In this document: one piece after another, positions 23,552-36,878 of the stretch
Layout: each line of letters opens with the position of its first letter
Position numbering within the stretch: the first letter of the stretch is position 1
Origin: Vitrella brassicaformis CCMP3155
Taxonomy: Eukaryota > Protista > Chromerida
Assembly: GCA_001179505.1 (NCBI GenBank)
Contig: CDMY01001000.1
Location: 62,001-126,000 of the forward strand
Direction: 5' to 3'
DNA length: 64,000 nucleotides
Position numbers and translations under genes: made by a program
Notes under the pieces: generated by a model
Seen by the model: the letters and a program-made list of their open reading frames with translations, nothing else
What the model was told of the DNA's origin: nothing
Database searches by the model: none

Positions 23552-25339
23552 TGTGCAGCCCGTGATTGTGACGAGGCTTGTTTTCGGAACCACGCTGCCT
23601 ACAGGGTTGCTTTCTCGGCGTCATGCCTGTTCGTGATCATGTTCCTCACCTCACTCATCGGAGGCACCTTCGCGACCAAATCACACAGTAAGCACACGGA
23701 CAGACAGACAGACAGACAGACAAGACAGACAGGCACCAGCGGATGCCATTATGTGTCGCGTGTCGTTTTGCAGGGTCGATGTTTGTGCTCAAGTTTGTGT
23801 TCATCCCGTTGATGTCTTTCGCCATGCTGTGGGTGCCAAACTACTTTTTCGTGAGCCAAAGGAACCAACAAACCAACCAGCGACCAAACAAACAGCCATT
23901 CTCGATGCTGTTGCTTGTGTTTGTCTGTCGCAGGAAGGGTACGCGTGGCTGTCGCTGTTCGTCGCTCTTCTCTTCATCATCGCTCAGGTACACACAGACA
24001 GACAGACCACTGAAGGTGTGGTGCTTCATGTTTGTGTGTGTGTGTGTGTGCGCCATTCAGTGGATGGCTCTGATTGACTTTGCCTACTCGTGGAACGAGT
24101 CATGGGTGTCCAAGGCAGAGGAGGACGACAACCGCAACTGGCTCATTGGTACGCACACACACACACACACACAGCCATACACAGCCAGCGATCTGTCCGA
24201 CCGTTTCTTTCTTCGTTTTTGGTGCTTTCTTTCCGCTGTTCATTCAGCCGTTGTCGTGTGTTCGGTCATCTTGCTTGTGGGGTCATGGACAGGGGTGAGA
24301 CACGGCACACCTGCACACACACACGTGTTGCTTGCCTCCCACACACACATTGTGCTTCGCTTCCTGCGTCCATCAGACGATCGTCATGTACGTGCACTAC
24401 AACGACCCCCTGAGCCACGGGCTGCTGTCCCTGTCGCTCATCGGCGGCATCGCCCTGCTGGTGCTCTCCATCACCGACTTCTGCGGACACGGAGCTATGC
24501 TGACGAGTTCGGTTGTTGTGGCCAACGTGACCTTCATGACGTGGTTCGCCCTCATGAGCTCCCCCATCCACAGGCAAGAGGCCGACTCGGTGGCGAAGCT
24601 CTTTTTCGGTCTGATCATCGCAGCGATTGCCCTGGGATGGACGAGGTGAGCCTGCCATAGGCAACGAGGGATGCCCCGCAGCCAATGTGTGTGACTTTGC
24701 CTACCTGCGCGTCTGTCTGTCTGTCTGTGTCAGTTCGTCGCTCGCCAACAGCCCTGATATTTTCCATGTCGAGAAGAGGGAGGCCGTCGAGCATGAGCGA
24801 GTGTCAGCCGTCGCCACACAACCAAAACCGGTTGGTAACCAGCAGCCGAAAACGCGGGAAACCAATGCATGATGTCTCTGTGTGATCCATGTGCAGGGTG
24901 AGGCGACTTCAGCGATGGAAGAGGGGGAGACGGCCGCCGGCAATGCGTCGTCTTCATCGGATGACGCGCCGCCCGACACGTACCGGGACGAGCAGGCGTC
25001 TCCTGCGGATGTGCTGGGGATCAGGTGGTTCCACTTCATGATGCTGACAGCGACGTTCTACCTGTGCATGGTGGGCAGCAACTGGATGTCCACCGACACT
25101 CGGTACGGTCAGCCACACACACACACACACACACACAGAGGGAGGGAGAGACACACGGGGCGAGGGAAATGACGCTCTCTCTGTGTCGCTCTTTCTGTGT
25201 CCATTCATTGGTTGGGTGCAGTGAGATCAACACTGGGTGGACCCAGTTCTGGGTGCAGATGGCTGGCGTCTGGCTGGTCCTCCTGATGTACCTGTGGACC
25301 CTCGTGGCGCCCAAACTGCTGCCCGGCAGAGAGTTCTGA
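23130..25339 (+). CDS. Serine incorporator (SERINC/TMS) family membrane protein
   Basis: MGAVFGACGSCCAAC start; CFRNHAAYRVAFSASCLF; QWMALIDFAYSWNESWV; WFHFMMLTATFYLCMVGSNW; WVQMAGVWLVLLMYLWTLVAPKLLPGREF C-terminus. Confidence 0.9.
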
Positions 25340-25783
25340 CACATTTCTCTGTCTGTGGGTGCGGTGTCTTTTTCATCAAGTGCGGCTGTGAGTGAGTTAA
25401 GTGTCTTTGTTCATTAGTGTGTGTGTGTGTGCGTATGTGTGCGTATGGGNNNNNNNNNNNNNNNNNNNNNNNNNNNNNNNNNNNNNNNNNNNNNNNNNNN
25501 NNNNNNNNNNNNNNNNNNNNNNNNNNNNNNNNNNNNNNNNNNNNNNNNNNNNNNNNNNNNNNNNNNNNNNNNNNNNNNNNNNNNNNNNNNNNNNNNNNNN
25601 NNNNNNNNNNNNNNNNNNNNNNNNNNNNNNNNNNNNNNNNNNNNNNNNNNNNNNNNNNNNNNNNNNNNNNNNNNNNNNNNNNNNNNNNNNNNNNNNNNNN
25701 NNNNNNNNNNNNNNNNNNNNNNNNNNNNNNNNNNNNNNNNNNNNNNNNNCCCCCCAACACACACACCCTACGCCACACATCGA

Positions 25784-27000
25784 TCACGGGGTCTTCGATG
25801 TATGCATGTAGGACAGCTGTATCAGCCTGCCGAGGAAGCCTCCAGCTTTTACAGCCCGCTTCAGCCAGCCGGCACACACAAGCTCCACACACAGCAGCAC
25901 CATAGCGACGGCCAGCGCGACAAACGCCAGACCGCCGAGACACAGCAGTACCAGTGCGGGCACATCAGCGTAGGCCCTGGTGTACTTATCATGGTAAAAT
26001 ACAAGATGGCCGATGAGCATTGCCAGGCTCCCTGCCACTATCAGCAGCAGCCCGACAAGCACACACAGCAAGATAATGCCACGGACCCCGGCCTCTCGAT
26101 GACAGCGAGGTGGGTACGCGACCTCCGAACACAGCAGCACCATGGCGACGGCCGGCACGACAACCGTCGCGAGGCCGACGTATACCATGAACCACTGTCG
26201 GTCGTGCGCCACGCTCAGGAGTGCTGCCATGCCAGAAACCGCTCCTGATGGGGCTATCAGCAGCGCCATCAGCCCGACAACCACACCCAACCGCATGATG
26301 ACACGCACCCTGGCCTCTCGACTGGAGCGAGGGATCCTTGTTTCACCTGAGGGAGGCAACACAGGACACAGAGAGATCTTCCAACCACTGGCCGGCCGAC
26401 CACCATGCACTGCCCACTTTGTTTCTCCGCTCGGTGCACGTCTGCCTCACTCACATGTGGCGGCTTGGAGCTCTTCGACCTTCCAGGTCTCGCGGTAACC
26501 TCCGAGCAGGGGCTGGGCCATGTGACACCAAGTCAGATGCCTGACGGACACACAGCGCATGTCAACACCAACACCAACAGCCAGCCAGCCAGTGATCAAG
26601 GACTTACACACACACACACCTACCTCTTGCACACCCACCCACCCACCTGAGTGCGGCGGCAGCTGCCCTCGAGGGCTGTTGGGAGCTCCTCGAACGGGTA
26701 AGATGCCACATCACGTCCACAGAGCGACGTCCACAGAGCCGACGTTCGGCAAGCAGATAGGGGTCGAAAAGCGTTAACGAATTCGCAGGCAGGACAGACC
26801 AGAGGCCAGAAGCTAAGAGCCTTGACAGACTGCAGCTGTTGCCACAAGATGGGCCCTCCCTCCCCTCCCTCCCCTCCCTCCCCTCCCTCTCTCCCCAATC
26901 CAAGCTCGCAGACCGGGAGAGCCGAATCCGCGGCGGATGGATCTGGCGTCCTGGAGCAAGGAGAGGCTGAGATCTATCGTGCAGTATGCACAAGAAGCGT
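25784..27000 (-). CDS. Hypothetical multi-pass membrane protein with an internal repeat (AVAMVLLC x2)
   Basis: Terminal exon 26340-25784 has about 5 hydrophobic segments. Short upstream exons have GT-AG borders (~26520-26450, ~26740-26650). Start uncertain. Confidence 0.45.
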
Positions 27001-27219
27001 TTCAAGCTGATAGCTAGAGGGCCCACTCACTTGTCGACGCAATGAGGCAAGGGCGGCACTGCATGATTGGCAATCAAATGCATCACCCATGATGCCTGGC
27101 TGTTGGATGAATCAAAACGTCTTTCAGATGGATGAATCAATCGGTGCGCCGAAGCAGCATCAAGCAACGAGGATGAATCAACATGCTGGCAGTGCCCTGC
27201 CTGATCATGGACACCCAAC

Positions 27220-29311
27220 ATGAGACCAAGGATGCTGCTGCTATTTCTCACGTCGGTACTTCTGCCCCTGCCCCTTCCTCTGCCTCGGTCAGCCGAATGC
27301 ACTCACCGCCAGGCAACACCGTGTTTCACTACAGGGCCGCTGCAGCGGCCAACTCATGCCCTCATCTCAAGACGCCACCGACAACATCGACGCACTAGCC
27401 CATTACAAGTCCAGCGGCATCAGCAGCAGCAGCAAGACCATCAGCAGCAACAGGGTGGTGTCCAGGCCCCTGTGCGAGTGGGCATTGTGGGTGGCGGGCT
27501 GTCGGGCGCATGCTGTGCGTGGCTGCTGTCCATCTGCAACACCACTGAGCGGCCTTACGAGGTGACGGTCATCGAGAAGCGGCCCCATCCCGGAGGCGCC
27601 ATCTATTACCCACAGGCAAGCCAGAGCACAGAGCACACACAGACGTCTCACACCTGAGGATGGTGCGGTGTGGTGTTTGGTTGTCATGCCTGTCAGGTGC
27701 CAGAGGGCCGCATCACGTCGGAGTCTCATCTGCCGTCAAGTGCTTCGTCTCACGTCTTGCCGATCAACGCTGGCTCGCCAGTGCACGTCGGCAACTTCCT
27801 CAACCTCAACATGCTCCTGCGGCACTTCAACGTCACCGAATGGCTCGTCGGCATCGGGCCGAACCGACATCTCGCCAGCCCGTCCGAGCCGCAGCTGTTC
27901 CGCCTTGTGCATATCCTCAATCCTTCTGGCCAGCAGTTTGTTCCCCCTGCCAGCCTGCTGCGCAAGCCGCTGCTGTGGCTGGATGTGGCGAGGTTTTTCC
28001 TGCTGGTGAACAGGGAGAGGGACATGACTTATGAGGAGTTCTTCGCGAAGCACCCCTTCTCTCGTCGGCTGCGGAATCTGCTGGACTGGGCGATACGGAC
28101 TTATGAGTTCGACCATGCGCCGGCGATGCTGCGGCGGCTGTCGATTAAGGCGGCGCTGGCATACCTCTACCAATCCATGTTCCTCTCGCTCATCTTTCGC
28201 GATGCTTTCCAGGTGACACACAATGTGGGCCCACACTGACGCATAGCCTCTCTCCCTCCCTCTGTGTGCGTGGGTGTCAGTTTGAGTACCCGTCATGGTT
28301 CCTCGAGCAGGGGTGGTTCGCGTCGATCCGCAAGGAGTCCCTCGCCAAGCTGGGGGAGAGGAAGAGGGGCCACCCCCATGCCGATGAGACGGTCGCCAGG
28401 GCGTCATCGGATCCGATGTGGACTGCCGATCGGCCGCTCAGCTGGCTGCAGTACCACTGCATCGACAGACGGAAGGTCAGTCAAACACATGAATGGATGG
28501 ATGGATGGATGGCTCTTGGGTTGTTGCGTCCGCGTGAGTGTGTGTGTTCAGCTGCTGGCAAAGCTGTTGGAGCCTGTCCATGCGATCAGATGCCACACGC
28601 AGATCGTCCGGGCACAGTTGACGGTAAGCAAGTCCGTCAGCCACACACCACAGCACATAGGATGAATGCATCGATGTGCGTGTGCCTCCCTTCATGGCCA
28701 TGTGTGTGTGCAGGCCGACGACACAGTGCAGCTGACGGATCAGCGGGGCGACACTCATGTGTTCGACAAGGTCATCTTCTCAGCGCCGCCAACAGAGATC
28801 GCCATGATGCTCCGACACACCCACACCCACACCCACTCCCAGCAGCAGCAACCGGCTGAGCAGAAGGAGCTGTCGCGGGTGTCCGAGTGGCTCGAGAGCC
28901 TCACCTCTGAGACGGTGCGCGTGCAGATCATCCCCCGCTCACAGATGTCATTCGACAAGGGTGGTGGATTTCCGCCAGAGAGCCGGCAGTTCCCCCGGGA
29001 GTCGGAGAGTGCTGATGACTGGCACTTCTACTCCATCTACGACATCACTGAGGTGAGAGGGCATCCCCCCCACCATCGGCCATGCGGCAGTGGTGTGTTT
29101 GTTCGTTGTGTGTGGCGCAGGTGAGCCCCGAGAGGCTGCCGGCGTCATTGCTGAGTGTGGCGGTGCCGGTGTCCTCCGACGGCAGTGGGGCTGTGATTCT
29201 GGACCCTTCCTACAACCACACGGGCAAACTGCACCCACTCAACTCACAGGTCAGTGACTGCCCACAGAGAAGAGACCTCCTGTGTGTCCTCATGGCGCGT
29301 TTGTGGTAATC

Positions 29312-29342
<31 letters not shown>

Positions 29343-29947
29343 GACTACCCATGGCTGCTGGCTGACTGCGCCTACACCAAGCACCGCCAAGACATGCTGC
29401 GCCACATGCAGGGAATGGCCGACGGCAGACTGTTCTTCACAGGACACATCGGTCAGCGACACACCGACCCCCCAGGCCCATCAGGCAGTGTCTGTGTGTG
29501 TGTGTGTGTCTGTGTGTGTGCAGTCAACGGCGTGTTCAAGAATATCGAGTCGAGTGTGCGTGCGGCGTGTGAGCTGTGTGAGGAGCACTTCAGTGCACTG
29601 CCGCCGTGGCGCTTTGTGCTGCCGCCCGAGAGTGGGCTCGACTTAGACTGGTGGATGGAGGACCTGACACACGACACGGCGAAGGCCCTGCAGAGAACGG
29701 CCAAACAGGTCAGTTTGTGAAAGAGGAGAGCGGCCCCGATGCATCTGTGTGTGTCTGTGTGTGTGTGTGTGTGCAGCTGTTTCAGCTGTCCTTCACTGCG
29801 TTGATTGCAATGGCCGTGCGGGCGATGCGAAGAGGGGCTGAGGGTGGGCAGCCGTCTGATGAGGGTGATAAGGGTAATCGTGCGTCTGTGAAAATGTCCG
29901 CAGGAGTGCAATCTGATAGACCGGCTGTGGCTGTTGCGTCCGATTGA
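27220..29947 (+). CDS. FAD/NAD(P)-dependent oxidoreductase (amine oxidase-like fold) with signal/transit-like N-terminus
   Basis: VRVGIVGGGLSGACCAWLL..VTVIEKRPHPGG; FDKVIFSAP; C-terminal RLFFTGHI..VNGVFKNIESSVRAA; hydrophobic tail. Confidence 0.7.
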
Positions 29948-31321
29948 CTGAATGGATATGGACATAAGACACATTGATTGGTGTGCATGTGTCTTCCATT
30001 TATGTATGTGTGGGCGTGTGTGGCATATACCCTGTTCATTCTGCGTTACACACGCCGCACAGTGGAGGCACACGCACATAAAAGCAATCCAGCCATCCAT
30101 ACACGCAACACAGAGGTCGGCATGCAGGCCACGGCGCACACCCAACCACACACGTGAGGAGGACTCGCGGACAAAGGAAACACACACACACACACTCTCA
30201 CACACAAGAATCGTCAGCGTGAGCAGCGTGAGCAGTGTGAGCAGGTCCAGACCACAAGACTACACTCAACTCGTATCCATGAGATTCAATCCGATTCCCT
30301 CGTTTTCGCGGGAAGGCACCTGCCAAGTGAGCTGCTGATGTATATCACACGCACTCATGAAGAATGTACATATACAGCGACAAATTAATTCAAGTTGAAG
30401 AAGAGAGAGAGACACTCGATCGTTTTTCGTGTGCAGTGCCTGCACGTCGAAGTCTGCACAGATCTCCCGTGTGCCGTGTCTGCTGTGCGTGCCCGTGAGA
30501 AGGGCAGCAGGGCTCGCCGGCGTCTCTCGGATGGGAGGGAGGGAGATGCCGACACATCAATGAGACCGTCCTGACCTGCACCGACGGCTCATCAGCTTCA
30601 TCGATCGCCTCAGACACACTGCTCTTCTTGTTGCTCGTGGCCGCGTTTGTTGCTCTTCTTGCCACGTTTCGTCCCATTGTGATCCGATTGGCGGCGGCGG
30701 TGCTGCTGGTGCGGACACGTTGGCCGGCTGCTTGCGCTTGCGGTAACTGTCCGACAACGGGGAGGGGGGCGGGTCGAAGGATGCGCACGGACTGCTCCTG
30801 AGAGCGACGTAGGGGCCGGGGGACTTCTCGGCCATGATGAACCGTCCAGAGGGAGTGATGGTGCGTCCTGGCTTGTGACTGACACTCCGACGATTCCTCC
30901 AGGGTCGGGCAGGGCCGACGGGCGGCAGGCGACGTTCTACAAGGTCCCCTGGCGAATCACTGACACATACACCCCACGAGAAGAGCCGTCCCAGATGTAG
31001 ATCTCAGGTGCCCACTCGCTGTCGGCCGCCTTCCTTGAGAAAGGCTGATGCGTCTGAAGGGCTGCCCGAGGCTCCGCGGATACTCCGCCCTCCTCCGCCG
31101 GGCCAGTACGTCTCAACCCTCCATCACCGCCGCCACTCCACGACCCGACGCTCACCGACTCCATTTCAGCCGCACCCACCGCCAGCGCCTTCGCGATGTG
31201 GACCGCCCGCGCCTGCCGGGCCCTCTCGGCTCTTGTTCCTCGTTTTCCCTGACCTCCGTGTTTACAGACCGTTGGAACCTACACTGTATGAGGCAAATCA
31301 GCTTCCGGAGGCGAGTGCCCC

Positions 31322-32717
31322 ATGGCCTTCACGCGCTTCTCTCGTGTGGTTGTCCTCTGCCTGGCCCTCACGGTGGCTCACCTCATCCCCTGCGGACACG
31401 CAGACTGCGAACCGGATGTCCCGGGCAGCTGCCCCCGTGAGTCACAGCACGAATAGCTCATTCAGTCCGCATTTTTGGCACCGTTCTTGCATTTCTTTAT
31501 GGTCGCCTCAGGCATAATTGCGGGCAACCCTACTGGATACGACCCGGACAATTATTACGACGGCAATCTGTACGCAGCGGGCTCCGTGTTTGCCGATCGA
31601 GCCGTTTTTGCCAAGGGCAGTATCTACTCCGACGACGACGTCACTGCCCCCGATGACGTCTATGCCTTGGAAGATGTCATTGCTTTTCGTGATGTAGAGG
31701 CCTTCGGTACAGTGCGTGGCAGGAATATAATTACAGGCAACCCTACTATACTCGACAATGTTGACCTTGAAGACAGCTCGAACGACGGCACTGTGTTCGC
31801 AGCGGGCTTCGTGTTTGTCGAAAGAGGCGTTACTGCCAGTGAGAACGTCGTTGCCTTCAAGGACGTCATTGCCATCGAGAACGTCTTTGCCACGAGAAAT
31901 CTCACAGCTGGGGATGCACTGTTCGCCGACCGTAAGCATCAGCAGAAAAATCTGTTGTCCATGTCTTGCGCTTGTTGAACTCACTGCGCTGCCACCTGTG
32001 TGTTCAGGCATAATCCTCGGTGATGCTGATACGCGATATCCCGGATGGCGATATGAAGTGAGGGCAGGAGACATATTTACGAATGGCGTTGTGACCGCCC
32101 GTGGTAAGCTGCGGGAAGTGAGCCTCCTTTCTGATTGCGCCGCTTGAGATTACTGTGGTTCCCCCTCAGAATTTCGCGCGAATTCTGGTTTGACAGCAGG
32201 GGTCTGCCGTTGCGGCGACGAAACGTTCAGCCGGCGTGTGATTGCTGGTGAGGCTGTCGAGGTGCAGAGCAGTGACCTGCCCACGGCTGACAGCCAGACA
32301 GCCGAGTGGGGCGAGGGCCAGCGGTCGGCTGCTTACGTCGATGCCTTCCGGCAGCTGCCCGTGCACTCTTATCAAGACGCTCGGCTGGGCCTGGTCGCTG
32401 ATGAAGTTCGGCGACTCCTCCCATCGGCTGTGCGCACATTCGCTAAACATGAGATTGACGGAGAGCGGAGACGCAGTGAAGCGACGGAGGCCCCTGAAGA
32501 GGCAGAGGGAGAGGACAATGAGGCTGACGAACAGATGACCATCGACCTCACACAGCTGGTCTTCACGCAGATGGCCGTCATTCAGGACCTCATCGATGAG
32601 AAAGAGCAGATGGGCGAGCGAATAGAGGGCCTTACGAAGACCATTGAGGCCATCGTGGGACGCATTGCGCGTCTCGAGGACGGCAGTGGCGGTGATGGGC
32701 CAACCGGGCCCCATTGA
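31322..32717 (+). CDS. Secreted hexapeptide-repeat (beta-helix-like) protein with C-terminal peptidase S74 / intramolecular-chaperone-like domain and coiled coil; 4 exons
   Basis: Signal peptide MAFTRFSRVVVLCLALTVAHLIPCGHA. Three phase-1 introns. Six-residue repeats GSVFAD RAVFAK GSIYSD DDVTAP DDVYAL EDVIAF. C-terminus SSD..AFRQLPVHSYQDARLGLVADEVRRLLPSAV..IDLTQLVFTQMAVIQDLIDEKEQMGERIE. Confidence 0.65.
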
Positions 32718-33699
32718 TGCGCTGCAGCAGATGGCCAAGGGACTCATGGCGCCCTAGGCCATGTGTGCGAACACGATGTGTGCGTGGACTGAGAGAGAGG
32801 GATCTTGACAATGTCATGTGCACGATTAGCGCTCGTACTACTGCACTGCACGTCCTTCGGTCTGTCTTGTTTAAAGCGGCAAGAGGCCATTGGTGCGGTG
32901 TACATTATTGTTCGCTTTGTGGTCGACATTACATGTGGTTCTGTCCCTGAGGTGCACACACGAAAAGAGAGCTCTATGTCAATTGTTGCTATCTCTTCTG
33001 CACGGAAGTCTATGCTGTGTGCGTGGCACCGGCGTCGTTGACTGACTTCACACAAACACGGTGCAGAGACATTTTGTCGTTACTTTGTTCGTCATGCGTG
33101 TGAGTTCCTACCTGGTGTGCCTGTCTGCCTGCCTGCCTGCCTGCCTGCCGGAAGTAGTCTGTCACTCACTTCACGAGTAAAGAAACGCGCCCTGTCCTCC
33201 ACGGTGCTGAGAGATGTGTGTTGTGACAGGTTTTGGTATCTATCGTTGTGGGCTCCGATTCAAAACGGAGACACGTGAGTGTTAGTGTGGTTTTGCGGTG
33301 TGGGTGGGCAATTCCTTCTGTAAGCCTTTGTGTGCACTTCATCTCCGGTCAAGCCAATGCCAGAAGCAGGTGTCCACTTCAATCACCGAAACTATCGCAC
33401 AGACAGACAACTAAATTTGACATTACTGTAATTGGCACCTAGGTGCCCAGTCCCAGGAAGGCGCAAACACCGAAATACGAAGAAATGCACAGGCGACCGG
33501 CAAAATGAACACGTCACGGTCATCGGTCGCGCAATTTGCCAATCATGCAGTCAGTCAGGAGGAAGGAATGCACTCCATAAAGATCGATTATCCACAGAGA
33601 GATAAGTCCCGAAAGACAACCATAAATCCACACACACCACACCAACACAGCAGCTAGAGGGTGGGGTGCCTCACCGCCACTAACGCACACACAGCAGAC

Positions 33700-34230
33700 A
33701 CACACGGTCGACCGCACGATGTGTCTGCGGCACGATGACCCACCGCACCTCGCCCACCGCATGTCAGCGAGGGTCTCACGCTCCCACTGACGTAGACCAG
33801 ACACACGCACCTCCAGCCCACAGCCCTCAGATATCGTGTCTTGTCCGTCGACGCCGTCACGCCACTCGATGATGTCGCTCTTGAACTGCCCTCCAGACGG
33901 CAGCTGTGTGAACCCATCACCGCCGCCCTGGCCACCGGCTGTGTCCAGGAGACCTCCTGACGCCGCAGTGTGGCACCATTGCCATCGGTCACACCCACAC
34001 TGACCAACAGCCATACACACAGAGATCCTTCTGCACTGGCATTCATCGTTGTATCGGCGCGTGCACGTACCTGCTGGCCAGCTGCCGTAGGTCCAGGTTG
34101 ACGTCGTCTTGCGGATGAAGCGCCCTCCATCTCCTGCACCAAGATGTACAGCCCGCCGCCGTCGGTGCAGACATTGCGGCCCTCAAACAGACCGACCGCA
34201 CGTCCAGCCAGGCTGCTCACAGACGATGCC
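33700..34230 (-). pseudogene. Decayed gene: small VGLF-G domain exon + FKBP-like cassette with deletion and frameshifts
   Basis: AVGLFEGRNVCTDGGGLYIL then a frameshift to HPQDDVNLDLRQLAS. Acceptor gtcag|tgtgggtgtg at 33999. The cassette lacks the middle strand (QLPSGGQFK/SDIIEWRDGVDGQD) and shifts frame after ETLADMR. Confidence 0.6.
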
Positions 34231-34538
34231 ATCCTGACAGATGGGACACGCACCAGGGACACGCACCAGAGAGGAAACGCAAATATGAACGGGATCATCA
34301 GATCTCGGTCAGGTTTTGGTTGCACGTGATATCAGCTGACCTATGAGATGCTCTTTCGTCTGTTGGCTCACGACAGCTGCGGGCTGCAGGACGATCGCAG
34401 GCCTTCCCTTCTCGAGAAAGCGAAGTCCACACCGTCAGAGGAGCAGGGAGAGCTCCCACCTGTGGTCTGCAAGAATTCGATTCATCAACAACCGAGAGAG
34501 GGCGACAAATCGTGCACTTGTGTCGTGGCTGTCGCGGG

Positions 34539-36355
34539 ATGGCTGTGTGGCTGTTTGCCGTCCTCTTGGTGCCCTGGGCGGCTGTCGATGGGTTCGTAGG
34601 ACCACCACTCACACCACTGCAGCCGCAGACGCCGCCAACGTCACGCATCAACCGACTCAGAGGACGTAAGCCAACACTAACACACACAGACAGATCTCGC
34701 GGTTGGGTGAGCATCACTCGTGAATTGATGTGTGTGTTTGTGTGTTTGTTTGTCTGTGAGTCTGTGCAGGGCGGTGCGTTGCCCTTATGAGCAGTGGACC
34801 GGTTGGTCTGTTGGATGGCTGTGCCGTTTATGAGGACGGCAAGGGTGGCTATGCGTTGGAGGCGGCTGGCCAGCGGTTGCCCATCGAGCCATCATTCCAC
34901 TCACACATCAAGTTCTGCATCAAACAGCACCGGTGAGCGACCTACAGACACAGCCAGGTCTGCTTTCAACCCCGACTTGGTGTTGGTTGTCAGGTCGGCT
35001 GTCGGCAGCGAGAAAGGCCAAGAGGAGAAGGACTCCGACGGCGATCAGCCACCACCGGCGGCCGGAGCAAGGGCAACAGCGGATGAAGGGGCGGCGGCCG
35101 GCAAAGGTGACGACACGACTGACGATGGCCTCGTGGGACATTCATTGGACCCTCGACTTCGTTACAAGGTGGTGCATCAGGGCACTGGCAATGCGCCCAC
35201 AATGAACTCGACAGTCAAAGTGGGCCTTACTGTGTGGCGGGATGCCTTCCACGGCAACCACACCTTGTGCGATGTCCGTGTGGCGGAGTTTCCTGTGCCG
35301 GATATTGCTGATATTAGTGATATTGCTGATATTGGTGACGAATTCCGTGACGAGTTGCTGTCGATGCGTGAGGGCGAGGTGAGGCGATACTTCCTACCAG
35401 TCAACGGGAATGAGGGCGTCTTTGTGGAAGCTCGGTTGGTCAGCGTCTTAGATGGGACCCGGTGAGCGCAGAAGCACACAGGTCGACGGGTGTGGTGCAG
35501 CCCTGTCTTTCAGGCCGCCTCCTGCCGGCGTCGGGAGAGGGTTGTTCAAGGGTGGCTTTCCAGGTCCACCCCCAGCTGGCGCAACTTATGAGGTCGTCAG
35601 GGAGGGCACCGGCAATGTGCCTACACTCAACTCAACCGTCAAACTGGGCCTCACTGTCTGGCGGGATGCCTTCGATGGTAACGACACCTTCTTCGATGCT
35701 CGGGAGTGGGAGAGTTCTGTGCTTGTGGATGATGAGTTGCTGTCGATGCGTGAGGGCGAGATGAGGCGAGCCGTCCTGCCGGCCGACGACCATGAGGGCG
35801 CCTTTGGGGAATGTCGGTTAGTCAGCGTCTCCAATGGGGCCCGGTGAGCGCACAAAGACAACACTGAGTGGGTGCTGCCCCTCTCTGCTACTCTTCTCGT
35901 CTAATACATTGTCGGTGTGTCCTTTCAGGCCGCCCCCTGCCGGCCATGAGAGAAGCCGCCCACCCTCACCGCCCGCAGCAGCAGGAGCAGCAGCAGCAGC
36001 AGTTGACGAGACAGCGGACAGCAAAGACGGCACCAGCGGTGATGTGCTCTTTCGACTCTACCCCTCTGGCGCCTATCATCAAGTGGTGCGACCGGGCAGT
36101 GGACCTAAACCGACACGCAACCAGCGGATCAAGGTCGACCGCATCAGGTGGAATGACGACTTCGATGGAGAGGACAAGATAGGCGAGTACCGTGGGGATG
36201 TGAGGCGTGTGTCTGAGTGGGATGAGTGGGTCCAGGAGGCCCTCACGGACATGCGTGTGGGTGAGGTGCGGTGCGTCATCGCCCCAGGCAGACTGAGACC
36301 AAATTTTGGAACGAACACTATGTACGCTGAGTACACGCTGGTGGCCATTTTGTGA
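34539..36355 (+). CDS. Signal+transit-peptide protein: small VGLx-G domain followed by three tandem FKBP-like cassettes
   Basis: MAVWLFAVLLVPWAAVDGF then a P/T/R-rich segment. Exon ~34770-34932 (PVGLLDGCAVYEDGKGGYALEAAGQRLPIEPSFHSHIK). Cassette exons 34994-35461, 35514-35843 and 35929-36355 are joined by phase-2 GT-AG introns (cg|gtgagc twice). Confidence 0.7.
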
Positions 36356-36878
36356 GTGAGCGATTGAGTCTGCCTGACTGTCTGGTTGAGATTGCTTGGC
36401 CGTGGCAAGGAGCGATACTGCCCGTCCCCATGTGTGTGGGTGTGCGGGGTTTGGGATGTGTAAGGTGTTCTGGCCTTCACTGCTAGGTGGCTGCAATGGC
36501 TGACCTCTGTATACAGTCGACTGACTGACTGACTGAGTGGATGACTGACACAGATGGGGTGGTCCATCAGGTGGGGGATTGGTCGTATGTGATTTGTGAC
36601 GCGGGAGGGAAGGAACGAATCGATGGATGAGTGAATGCATTGCAAAACCAGTGACACATACACATTATAAAGAGGAGATAGTGGGGACGTCGGAAAAGGC
36701 GTCGGTTGTGGGAGATCCGCCATCTGCATGCGATCCTGCAAGCTCGCCGGCCCCCACCGGCCCCCCACAGAAGAATTCGGCGGGAGAGCAGGAGGGCCTC
36801 CGTTGCTCGAACACTCCTCCATTCTTCAAGCAGCCCACTTTTTCTGAGTGACGTGCCATCCCCTATCCTCGAAGCGTC

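Noticed and set aside
30230-31300. Overlapping Pro/Ser-rich ORFs on both strands
   Set aside because: I could not assemble a consistent exon chain or any domain.
33434-33447. 14-bp perfect palindrome GGCACCTAGGTGCC
   Set aside because: Short enough to occur by chance, with no associated TIR/TSD structure.
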